Part shown: positions 53,625 through 61,909 of the stretch, in pieces | Layout: each line of letters begins with the position of its first letter | Numbering within the stretch: the stretch's first letter is position 1 | IMG/VR virus record: IMGVR_UViG_3300037067_009382 | Location: 1-64,000 of that record | DNA: 64,000 nt | Origin: a virus | Lineage: Duplodnaviria > Caudoviricetes | Reading direction: 5' to 3' (one strand) | Position numbers and translations under genes: made by a program | The notes under the pieces: model-generated | Databases searched by the model: none | The model's input: the letters and a program-made list of their open reading frames with translations, nothing else | Told to the model about the DNA's origin: nothing

Positions 53625-54962
53625 TTAGTTCAGATCAACGATCTTCGCCTGTTTCCGGAAGTCGTAGCACTTTAGTTCCATCGTGGTACGGAACAGACCC
53701 ACAATCGCAAGTTTCCCTACGATGATAGGATCTCTCTGTTCGAAGTACTCGGTGGTGAATGCAACGCCAACTTCCAACCATCTGGTATCCAGGACATAGA
53801 AGTTGGAACCGGCCAGGGTGAAATCGGCCTTCGTGGATTTCGGAGTATCGACATCGGCGAACAGAGCGATACCATCGTAGGTGCTGACTTGGAAGCCAGC
53901 TCTCTGACCGGGAATGTTTTCTTCTCCACCACGTTTGACCTGAAAGTCGCCTGTCTCCATATAGCGTCTTTGCGCCTGGAGAGCCTGTTTGAAATGACGC
54001 TGTTGATCGGTACCGGTTAAGAGCAGATCGGGTTCACCACCGTAGAATCTGACCCTCTCGATAGCCTCATCAACATAGTCGGTATCGAAATCGCGTGGTA
54101 CACCATCACCGTCAAAGACGTTACCTGCATTGTATGCCAGAGCAGTTCTGGTAGCGCCGCCAGGTGTAGCAGCGGTGAAGTTGTAGCAGTCGACGTTCTG
54201 GTTGTTGGCACCGGCTACAGTACGGCCATCTTCCTCGATGATGTCATCGAGTGAGGTCATACCTTTTCTGCTCTTGACGGTAATAGCATCGCTTTGGACC
54301 AGAGCCGCAGCGGCACCACCACCAACTAGAGTAAAGCCGATCACACCGGTTGTGGTATTGATAGCGGTCAGGAGAATGCCTCCTGCGGCCGCATTCTGGC
54401 TTTCCCAAAGGATATCGCCAATTCTGAAGGCAGAGGGATTGGAAACCGCGGCAACGCCTGTCAAGCCGGCAGTTTTGACAACATCGACAGCGGAACACAA
54501 CAGTTCCTGTTGGAGTTCCTTGACGTGGTCAATTTCACCGAACTGTAACTCTTTTGCCATCGCGTCTCCGATACCGCCCTCTTTGGTTGCAATCCATTGA
54601 GCCAGTTCGGATGAACCGACGGGTGTCACTACCTGGCGAGGCAGTGAATATACTGATTGGTAAGTCTGCTTACCAACATCGGGCAGGGCCTCAATCTCTC
54701 CGATAGGTTTAGATTGAGCGTTCCTCGCAGAACGGATACGCCAACCGATAACGTTACCCCAGGTGTTATGACGCAGGAGATTGAAGAACTTCCTTTGAGA
54801 GTTCAACGAGTCCCACACCTTTGCACCGTAGGTGACATTAAAGAAGTCGGCAACCTGCAGCGGGTCGTCAGCCTTCAACAGGTATTCGCCTGCTAGCCCG
54901 AAGGGACGTGACTGTGATCGCTGAATAAACTCCAGCACCGTTTGTTTAAGCTGTGGACTCAT
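53625..54962 (-). CDS. Major capsid protein (HK97 fold) with an internal insertion
   Basis: Follows protease and scaffold; GEPDLLLTG, VSTYDGIALFAD, YVLDT, ELKC..F..Q; N-terminal LLKA. Confidence 0.85.
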   Translation of the reverse strand: MSPQLKQTVLEFIQRSQSRPFGLAGEYLLKADDPLQVADFFNVTYGAKVWDSLNSQRKFFNLLRHNTWGNVIGWRIRSARNAQSKPIGEIEALPDVGKQTYQSVYSLPRQVVTPVGSSELAQWIATKEGGIGDAMAKELQFGEIDHVKELQQELLCSAVDVVKTAGLTGVAAVSNPSAFRIGDILWESQNAAAGGILLTAINTTTGVIGFTLVGGGAAAALVQSDAITVKSRKGMTSLDDIIEEDGRTVAGANNQNVDCYNFTAATPGGATRTALAYNAGNVFDGDGVPRDFDTDYVDEAIERVRFYGGEPDLLLTGTDQQRHFKQALQAQRRYMETGDFQVKRGGEENIPGQRAGFQVSTYDGIALFADVDTPKSTKADFTLAGSNFYVLDTRWLEVGVAFTTEYFEQRDPIIVGKLAIVGLFRTTMELKCYDFRKQAKIVDLN

Positions 54963-55766
54963 TTACATCCCTCCTCTTAAAGGTAGTCCACGAGTGTTGC
55001 CCAGGAAAGCTCTATACGCTGGGTCGATTGATCTTCGCATCGCTATAATATTTTCCCAGGATTGACCCGTGACCTGCTTCGCTACGTTCTCAGCCTCGGT
55101 TTGCTCATCGCCAGGAGCTTCCACGGACTTTCGAATTTCGCTCGGCTCGGCTTTTTCTACATTGGCCGGTAAGGCGCCTGAGGCTGTGACAAAACCTTCT
55201 TCCGCCATCTTCTGTTGGAAGCGAGCATTGACCATTTCCTCAACTTTGTCAGCCGGGATCATTTTTGCAATAGTCCCGTTGAGACGACTGATTTCCTGAT
55301 TAGCATTATCGAGCTGTTTCGCCAGTACCTCTTCGCGCTTGGACGCAATATTCCCGTAGGGGAACGGGAAGGCTTTCTTGACATCCTTGGCTTCCGAAAT
55401 GGGGTAGGGGTACGGCTTCTCTTTATCGCCCGGTTCACATTCTTCTGCATTGGTGACTTCAGGCTTCCAAGGACCTTCGGCGGAAACTTTCTTGGGAGCG
55501 GTTTGAGTAGTCTGTTCCATTTCTTTCTTGACGGCTTTCTTTGCCTCGGCCATCAATTCGGGCGGGAACCCTTTCTCATCCTTTTCCTTCGCCTCTTCCT
55601 CTTTTTCCTTTTTGTCTTCTGGTTCATCCTTCGCGGGCTCTTCAGCCTTAATGACCTGCCTTAATAGGCTGTTGGTCTCTTCTTGGGCTTTGAGCAGTTG
55701 CGCGAGGGGTCCGCCCTCAGTGGACTTTTCGAGGGTGGCTGTGTTGGTCTCGTTCTCTTTCTTCAA
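54963..55766 (-). CDS. Capsid scaffold protein
   Basis: Highly charged and helical; between protease and MCP; many K-[A/S] sites. Confidence 0.75.
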   Translation of the reverse strand: MKKENETNTATLEKSTEGGPLAQLLKAQEETNSLLRQVIKAEEPAKDEPEDKKEKEEEAKEKDEKGFPPELMAEAKKAVKKEMEQTTQTAPKKVSAEGPWKPEVTNAEECEPGDKEKPYPYPISEAKDVKKAFPFPYGNIASKREEVLAKQLDNANQEISRLNGTIAKMIPADKVEEMVNARFQQKMAEEGFVTASGALPANVEKAEPSEIRKSVEAPGDEQTEAENVAKQVTGQSWENIIAMRRSIDPAYRAFLGNTRGLPLRGGM

Positions 55767-55953
55767 CGTGACCCTCCTCTTTTGGACTTTCTTGTCTTCA
55801 AGGTACTCGACCTCCTACCATTAGAAGACCCAGCGCTAGAGACACTAGTGCGATGTACTGTGTGCCTCTATTATTAAGTATAAGTGTTGCGCCTGGCCCA
55901 AAACAAGGGGACTCGGGGTAATAAAAGGAGAGTTTTAAGGGATTTGCGGAAAA

Positions 55954-57498
55954 TTACGAGGCTAGATACAACCCTTTGGTATCTAGCGTAGCTGAATCGG
56001 CTTCTACGTCATCGCACTTCAGTAGGATGAACTTCGCTGCCTGGTTCTTTCCTTCCTCGCAGATCGTGACTTCATGCAACTCGAGGTTGGTTACATCCCA
56101 CCAGCAAACATTATTCTCGCATACGTACTTCCGCCCGAGTGCCTCGCCCCCGATTGAGAAGCTCCGTAGTATGCCTTTCCTGATGAGGTCTATGACATCA
56201 CGAGCGATCTTGACATCGTCTCGAAGGATGCACACCACAAATAGACCAATATCGTCTACCTGGCTAATCCATTTCTTTCCATCGTTGTCAGTATATTCTG
56301 GCACTACTTCTGCTACTTGAGCATTGCGGTGCTTGATCATTACGTTGCGGAACTTAGGTTGCTCCATAAACTTCGCGAAGGCTTTCTTCAAGGCATACAG
56401 TGGAATGCGATGTCCTTCTTTATCACGCACCACCGGAGAAGCGTATCCGGCGATAACAACTTTCTTCTTTTCGGCTTTCTCAATAATGAATGCCTTATCC
56501 ATCAATCCTGTATACATGGGTGTCGCAGTATCAAAGACGAGAGTATCTTCCTTCAGCAGATAGTTGCCCGTTACGATATAATGCATCCCGGCGAAGCCTA
56601 ACTCGATCTTCTTCTGGGAGTTAAGTCCATCCACGACCCTGATTGTTGCCTCACGCATTGGCTCACTATCGGAAATACCAAATAGCTCGCACAGGTACCA
56701 ATTTCGTGGTCTTCCTGCCTCGAGCGAAATTAACTTGTCGAGGGCCATTGCGATCTGTACCCTATCGTCGGGATGATTTAGGTCATCAGCAGCGTCCTCG
56801 AGCACACTGTATACCTTACCAGCGTCTGCACGCTTCATCTCGAGTTCTTCTGAATCAACCCCACCTGCTCCAAGCTTGTCGATGTCACGTAACTCTCTAT
56901 CGTGAGCGAGATATCGCTTCCGAACATCGTCGGCACATTTCATTACGCGGGGTCTGAGATTAGTTGCAACAACGTTCAACTGATTATCAGTCACGGTCTT
57001 ATCAGGATTGGCTAAATCCAAATACGTTTGGAGCATCTTGAAATAATGCTCGTGAGGCCCACCATATCCCTGGATAGACTGTCTTGGGTGTCCACCCATA
57101 AACTCGCTAACACTAAAAGGCCCCTCAATCGAAACGTCGGAGGCATCTTCACCCCAATGCACCTGATCCACTGGATGGGGTTCATCATATCCCACGTGTC
57201 TATGCTCTTCAATAGTAGGATTTACCCGTGGAAGAATTTTGCGGATAATAAATTGTTGGGCAATTCCAACTGTCTCGATAGCCTTATGCATAGCCTCACC
57301 GGGCATATAGTCGACCTTCTCGTTTGTCCCTATCGTCAGAGGTAAGGACTCATCGGTCGTATCTGGTTCGTATTTCTCTACGGGACGCTTTGAGATTTCC
57401 TCGTGCAACTTCTTCAGTTCGGACTCGTCCATCTTTTTGAGATCCATACTACGCTCCTTTAGGCCCCGCCTCTTGTGTATTATACGTTTCGCCATCAC
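55954..57498 (-). CDS. HK97-type prohead protease with a ~340-aa N-terminal extension
   Basis: IAGYAS..DKEG, catalytic His (IKHRN) and Ser (SFSIGG), LHEVTIC..G.NQ.A. Confidence 0.88.
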   Translation of the reverse strand: MMAKRIIHKRRGLKERSMDLKKMDESELKKLHEEISKRPVEKYEPDTTDESLPLTIGTNEKVDYMPGEAMHKAIETVGIAQQFIIRKILPRVNPTIEEHRHVGYDEPHPVDQVHWGEDASDVSIEGPFSVSEFMGGHPRQSIQGYGGPHEHYFKMLQTYLDLANPDKTVTDNQLNVVATNLRPRVMKCADDVRKRYLAHDRELRDIDKLGAGGVDSEELEMKRADAGKVYSVLEDAADDLNHPDDRVQIAMALDKLISLEAGRPRNWYLCELFGISDSEPMREATIRVVDGLNSQKKIELGFAGMHYIVTGNYLLKEDTLVFDTATPMYTGLMDKAFIIEKAEKKKVVIAGYASPVVRDKEGHRIPLYALKKAFAKFMEQPKFRNVMIKHRNAQVAEVVPEYTDNDGKKWISQVDDIGLFVVCILRDDVKIARDVIDLIRKGILRSFSIGGEALGRKYVCENNVCWWDVTNLELHEVTICEEGKNQAAKFILLKCDDVEADSATLDTKGLYLAS

Positions 57499-57664
57499 CT
57501 TCCGGACTCGGTGGAATCTCGTCGATCTTAGTGACTCCCTTTGGTTCGGGTGTCACCCTAAATCCGAATTCTTCCTCGGCTGCAAAAATCTCGTCACGAA
57601 ACTTTTTCCTCTCTTCGGGTGTCATCATATGTCTCTCCTTAATCGGGCTCGGCTCCGAATCCAT
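57449..57664 (-). CDS. Small acidic protein
   Basis: 71-aa coupled ORF. Confidence 0.55.
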   Translation of the reverse strand: MDSEPSPIKERHMMTPEERKKFRDEIFAAEEEFGFRVTPEPKGVTKIDEIPPSPEGDGETYNTQEAGPKGA

Positions 57665-60341
57665 CTACAAACTTCTCCATTCCAGCGCGATCGATATGCC
57701 AAATCTCACTACCGCTCGAAGTCTTCAATTTCATCGTGAACCCTAACTTTTTATAGAACCCCTTTGCGCTCTCGACTGGGATGAGTGTCACTTCTTGAAT
57801 CTTCTCATCATCGAGCGTATTCATAAACAGCTCGGCCATCAGACGTGAGCCAATATGTGTAACATGCCGTGCATCAGTTGACTTAGGATAATTCCAGGGC
57901 GCTGAAGCCAAGAAGTCAACGTGCACAGCATCGCCCTTCGGTCGTTTGAAGTACGCCATAACTCCTTGAGTTTGGCCCTTCGCGGTAATATGCATTCCCT
58001 GGTCGTTTCCTCGAGAGATTTCGGCCATTGCTCCAACTCCGTCAGCAAGTGACTCCCTAACCTGGGCGCGTTGTTCGGGAGTGATCGCCCTCTTGACGAT
58101 TGCATCGTGCGCTTCAGTCCATCGTGCCTCTGCATCGCCAAGTCGCTCTTGATCAGTTGAGTGTACTGTATGGGGTAGATCTAGCACATCATCGGAAGTG
58201 GTTGGTCTACCGGCTCCAACGTGCTTGGGTGCCTCTGTAGGTGCAACTGTCGCAGGTAGCTGTGTTGCTTCAGGTTTCAGTCCGAGCTGTTTAGCCTGCT
58301 CTGGTGTTACCCAGAATTTTTGATAGAACGTCTTCCCACCTCGTGTGATAGGTTTATTGACAAGAACCTTACCTACGTTAGAGAAGGCTTTCTCCATCTG
58401 GGTAATTCTATCCTCGGGCTTGATTTCTACACCCTGAGGAATGCCATCGAACACCTCTTTCAGCGTTTCGGGATTTCTTAGTCCATAGTTCTCGTGTAGT
58501 ATCTCTTTGAATACTCCCAGGTTATAATTATCGATCTCCGCTTCGGTTATCCATTTGTAGTCGGTATGCTCTTCGGACAGCTTAACATCGCCCGTAGCAC
58601 TTGCTTCGTAGAAGATTACGGGTTTAGTCTCCTTCCCGAGCTTGAGCACCTTTACAGTAAAGCAATCGGGATCGGATATCATTAGACCCGCTTCCTCTTT
58701 AACTTCGCGTGCGAGTGCATCCTCAAGCTTCTCTTCGTCCTTCAAATGTCCACCGGGTAGATCCCACCAATCGCTACCCGCATCTTTCAATATCAAGATC
58801 TTGCCATCCTTACGAATGACAGCCTTAACCGAAAGTTTAATGTCCTGAGCTTTAGTGAATGGGATGCCTCGTTTACTCATTTCGTCTTCGAGCACCACTA
58901 TCATTACGTCATTGGGCAGGGCGTTCTCTGGTGAGAGCGGATCCCAGATCGTCATAGGTTCGTCGGTGCTAATTCCCTCACTAGATTGTCCTGGAAACAG
59001 ATTCGCGATCGTTCTCTTGCGGCCACTACCACCAAACGTTGGAGTGAAGCCTGTAGATGTAACTGTCGCTCCACCAAAGCCTCCATCTCCGCCACCCTCT
59101 TTCTCGACGTTACCATATCGAGTTGTGGTTCGTTCGCCCTCTCGATAAATCTCATCTGCCACGCGCAGCGCATTGGTAAGGTTAGTAGAGCGTTCGGACA
59201 TCTCCTTCTGTACACGTTTCAGAGCTCCTGTGTACTGTTGCCAAAGTTCAGCAGTACCTCTATCCTTATTCGCTAACGCATTCTCGATCTCACTATCGAG
59301 AATGCCTATCGCCTCCGCAATCATGTCATTATCGTATAGTAGTCGTGCCTTTGCAATACCCCGAGAGGTATAGCCTGAGATCGGAATCTGAGATAGGCGG
59401 TCGAGAGGTGTTGTATCGTCAGGTTCACTCTTCATTATTATATTAGTGGCTCGTGGTAGGTATGCGGTAAAGGTTTTGAACTCACCCTTTCGTATTGTAT
59501 CGGTTCCGGCCATTTCCACACCTAGTATGCCACCTACGGAAACATTCATATCAGTATTAACACTCTGCCCTAATCGCAGGTAGTACTTACCTTCAAATTC
59601 AATTGCGTCTGCTTTAGGCATTCCCGAAGATTTTGCAACGCGCGTGTCGTCAATTCTCACTTGACCAGTCTCGGGTGCTCTAGCAGGCCCCCATCCACGA
59701 GAGTAAAGCTTACAGCGTCCCTTCGGACTAATCGAGCCGATAACCTTAACGCATCCACCTGAATCCTTTGCGGGCTCACTCGCTCCTTCCTTCTTGATGA
59801 AAGACTTACATGTCGCACACCTATCTGAAGAGGAGGAGTTGTCCACATACGAAGCCTCATTCTTGGAAATCTTAGCCTTAGCCAGATGGGCTTGCAAAAT
59901 GAGATGGCTCGTTAACATAGTACCGGCGAGCAACTCCTCGAGCAATAGCTCATCTCCCTTGGAGAGCAGTTCACCTAATTTTCCCATCCCTATTGTTTCG
60001 GCCCATTCTTTACTGATCGGCCCTACGGCTACCTCATAGCGGAACATCTTATCGCTTGGAGCTGATTTCGCAACCACTAGCATCTTTGCAGTGGTTCCAC
60101 TTACAGGCCCGTTATACTCTGTCGGTAGGGCCTTCTTAACTCCGTGGGTTGCTGAAATAGCAGCAACGATTGAAGCTAGGCCGTCTTCGGAGTAATCGTT
60201 AAACCTCTGGGCGAATTCCTCTTTCGTTATATCACCTGGTAGTGATTCAACATCGCACCAGTAGGTAACCGCCTCCTGTGACATGCCTTTCAGAAGTTCT
60301 TTTACGCTTGCTTCATAATCAATCATACCATCACTCCCCAT
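57639..60341 (-). CDS. Multi-domain head-associated protein: HiPIP-like 4-Cys domain, NUDIX hydrolase, shared tag, GNAT-like domain
   Basis: CATC..GCVKVIGSISPKGRCKLY; intact Nudix box GGHLKDEEKLEDALAREVKEEAGL; C-terminal VDFLASAP..GSRLM..GFYKKLGF. Confidence 0.8.
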   Translation of the reverse strand: MGSDGMIDYEASVKELLKGMSQEAVTYWCDVESLPGDITKEEFAQRFNDYSEDGLASIVAAISATHGVKKALPTEYNGPVSGTTAKMLVVAKSAPSDKMFRYEVAVGPISKEWAETIGMGKLGELLSKGDELLLEELLAGTMLTSHLILQAHLAKAKISKNEASYVDNSSSSDRCATCKSFIKKEGASEPAKDSGGCVKVIGSISPKGRCKLYSRGWGPARAPETGQVRIDDTRVAKSSGMPKADAIEFEGKYYLRLGQSVNTDMNVSVGGILGVEMAGTDTIRKGEFKTFTAYLPRATNIIMKSEPDDTTPLDRLSQIPISGYTSRGIAKARLLYDNDMIAEAIGILDSEIENALANKDRGTAELWQQYTGALKRVQKEMSERSTNLTNALRVADEIYREGERTTTRYGNVEKEGGGDGGFGGATVTSTGFTPTFGGSGRKRTIANLFPGQSSEGISTDEPMTIWDPLSPENALPNDVMIVVLEDEMSKRGIPFTKAQDIKLSVKAVIRKDGKILILKDAGSDWWDLPGGHLKDEEKLEDALAREVKEEAGLMISDPDCFTVKVLKLGKETKPVIFYEASATGDVKLSEEHTDYKWITEAEIDNYNLGVFKEILHENYGLRNPETLKEVFDGIPQGVEIKPEDRITQMEKAFSNVGKVLVNKPITRGGKTFYQKFWVTPEQAKQLGLKPEATQLPATVAPTEAPKHVGAGRPTTSDDVLDLPHTVHSTDQERLGDAEARWTEAHDAIVKRAITPEQRAQVRESLADGVGAMAEISRGNDQGMHITAKGQTQGVMAYFKRPKGDAVHVDFLASAPWNYPKSTDARHVTHIGSRLMAELFMNTLDDEKIQEVTLIPVESAKGFYKKLGFTMKLKTSSGSEIWHIDRAGMEKFVDGFGAEPD

Positions 60342-61384
60342 GGCTTCATTTCCGGAGCCAGTACTGTCTTAATCACGTTTCCGATTCCCACTACGAATCC
60401 ATCTTGCGAAATGTGGTGATACCAATCCTTGGGCGGTAACTGCTTCTTTGAGAGATTCGCAATGCTCTCTTTGATTACTCCAAAGCCCGTTCGTTCTATC
60501 TCCCTCTGCCATGCATGAGTCGAAACTCTTAATGGTTGGGCTTGAGGCACGGCCGTATGGGTCGTTGAGGCGGGTTCCTCAGGTTTAACGTGTACAGTCT
60601 GCATAAACGTCTTCCCGTCACGAGTTACCTGTACCTTCTGAGGTTGTGTTCCAACGGGTATAGCCTTCTGGAATTCAAGTGTAGCCTTTCTCGCGAATGA
60701 GGCAACACCCTCGAGATCACTAAGCGTTCCTCTCCCAGAGGCCAGATTTCTATCGAACATCATGTGCCTAAGTTCGGCACTCTTCCGAACCATATCACGA
60801 ATCGCGATCTTTGTTTCGTCGTCAGTCTTCTCAAGCTTATCTGGTGAGGCATCAAACCTCTCCCAGACGTTCAATTCCTCTTTTACTAGCTGAAGGCGAT
60901 CCAGTATTTCATCTGAATCCATCTTCAACCCCTGGCGGATCATCCTCACAGCCTCATTCAGATATCCCGATACAGTAGACCAGTGGGAATCCGTACAACT
61001 TACGCAAGAAGGGGATTTTTCACCCAGGGTAATTTCGGATTTTACCGTGTCTTTGCCTTGAGGCTGTATATTAGTATTGTCCTCTTCTGCTAGTAATCCC
61101 GCTTGATTTCGATTGATCAATTCCGCAGTCAAAACCGCGGCGAGTATCTCGGCATCCTCTTGTTTGATCTTTCGGCGTGCCTGTTTTGCAACAAGACTCG
61201 CCCAAGCCTCGCGCAGCTCGTCTTCCTTTATGTCGTCAAGACAGTGCTCGTCTTGGGCTATTTTATTGAGGGCTTCTTCTCCACGAATGAACGCTAGGGC
61301 ACCCACCTTTCGCGCTATCTGGGATGAACCATACGGTCCACTCTTCCCCCAGTAATATCCGTCCTTCTTTTCTAGTATTGCCAT
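60323..61384 (-). CDS. Head-associated protein carrying the shared tag
   Basis: FQKA...QKVQVTRDGKTFMQTVHVKPE. Confidence 0.7.
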   Translation of the reverse strand: MAILEKKDGYYWGKSGPYGSSQIARKVGALAFIRGEEALNKIAQDEHCLDDIKEDELREAWASLVAKQARRKIKQEDAEILAAVLTAELINRNQAGLLAEEDNTNIQPQGKDTVKSEITLGEKSPSCVSCTDSHWSTVSGYLNEAVRMIRQGLKMDSDEILDRLQLVKEELNVWERFDASPDKLEKTDDETKIAIRDMVRKSAELRHMMFDRNLASGRGTLSDLEGVASFARKATLEFQKAIPVGTQPQKVQVTRDGKTFMQTVHVKPEEPASTTHTAVPQAQPLRVSTHAWQREIERTGFGVIKESIANLSKKQLPPKDWYHHISQDGFVVGIGNVIKTVLAPEMKPWGVMV

Positions 61385-61392
61385 TTCTTCAC

Positions 61393-61902
61393 CTACCGTA
61401 TCCTATCTAATCTGTGCATCAAGAAATCGGGCATGTGCCTGATCCCATCAGCTACTGCATACGCCATATAGTATTTTGGTGCCTCCGCTGGAATGGGGTG
61501 TTCCTGTGTACCGACTACTCTGAATCCGATATTCCTTCCACCATATCGCAAGTGTGCGATCGCACCAGTTTCGTATACCCGTTGGTAGGGTTGAATCGCT
61601 ATTGAGCGCTCTCCATGACCACCTCGAGCACGTATGTGACCTTGAACCAATCGAGGAGTGGGATTTCGTATGACCCATTCTCTATGGCCCCATTCAACTG
61701 CTGCCGCATGAATTGCTCTATAGCCTACCTCAAATCCATCGTGCGTATTCCGATCGAAGTATCCTGAGTGTAGCAGTGTCGCATCATCGGTGAATCGCGA
61801 AACGTTGCGCTGCGATTCAGCAAAGATAAACTCGCCGGTATCCTTAACTCCCTCTACGAGGGCGTCCACAATCTCGTTAATTGATTCCTTCGATATGTGC
61901 AT
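61393..61902 (-). CDS. Neck / tail-completion protein (HK97 gp10-like)
   Basis: LLHSG..VGY.A.HA..VEWGH...P.YYM..AV. Confidence 0.6.
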   Translation of the reverse strand: MHISKESINEIVDALVEGVKDTGEFIFAESQRNVSRFTDDATLLHSGYFDRNTHDGFEVGYRAIHAAAVEWGHREWVIRNPTPRLVQGHIRARGGHGERSIAIQPYQRVYETGAIAHLRYGGRNIGFRVVGTQEHPIPAEAPKYYMAYAVADGIRHMPDFLMHRLDRIR

Positions 61903-61909
61903 AAAACTC

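Noticed and set aside
55767-55953. 12-codon TTG mini-ORF coupled to the scaffold start
   Set aside because: Too short to support; the region is more simply a late promoter or leader.
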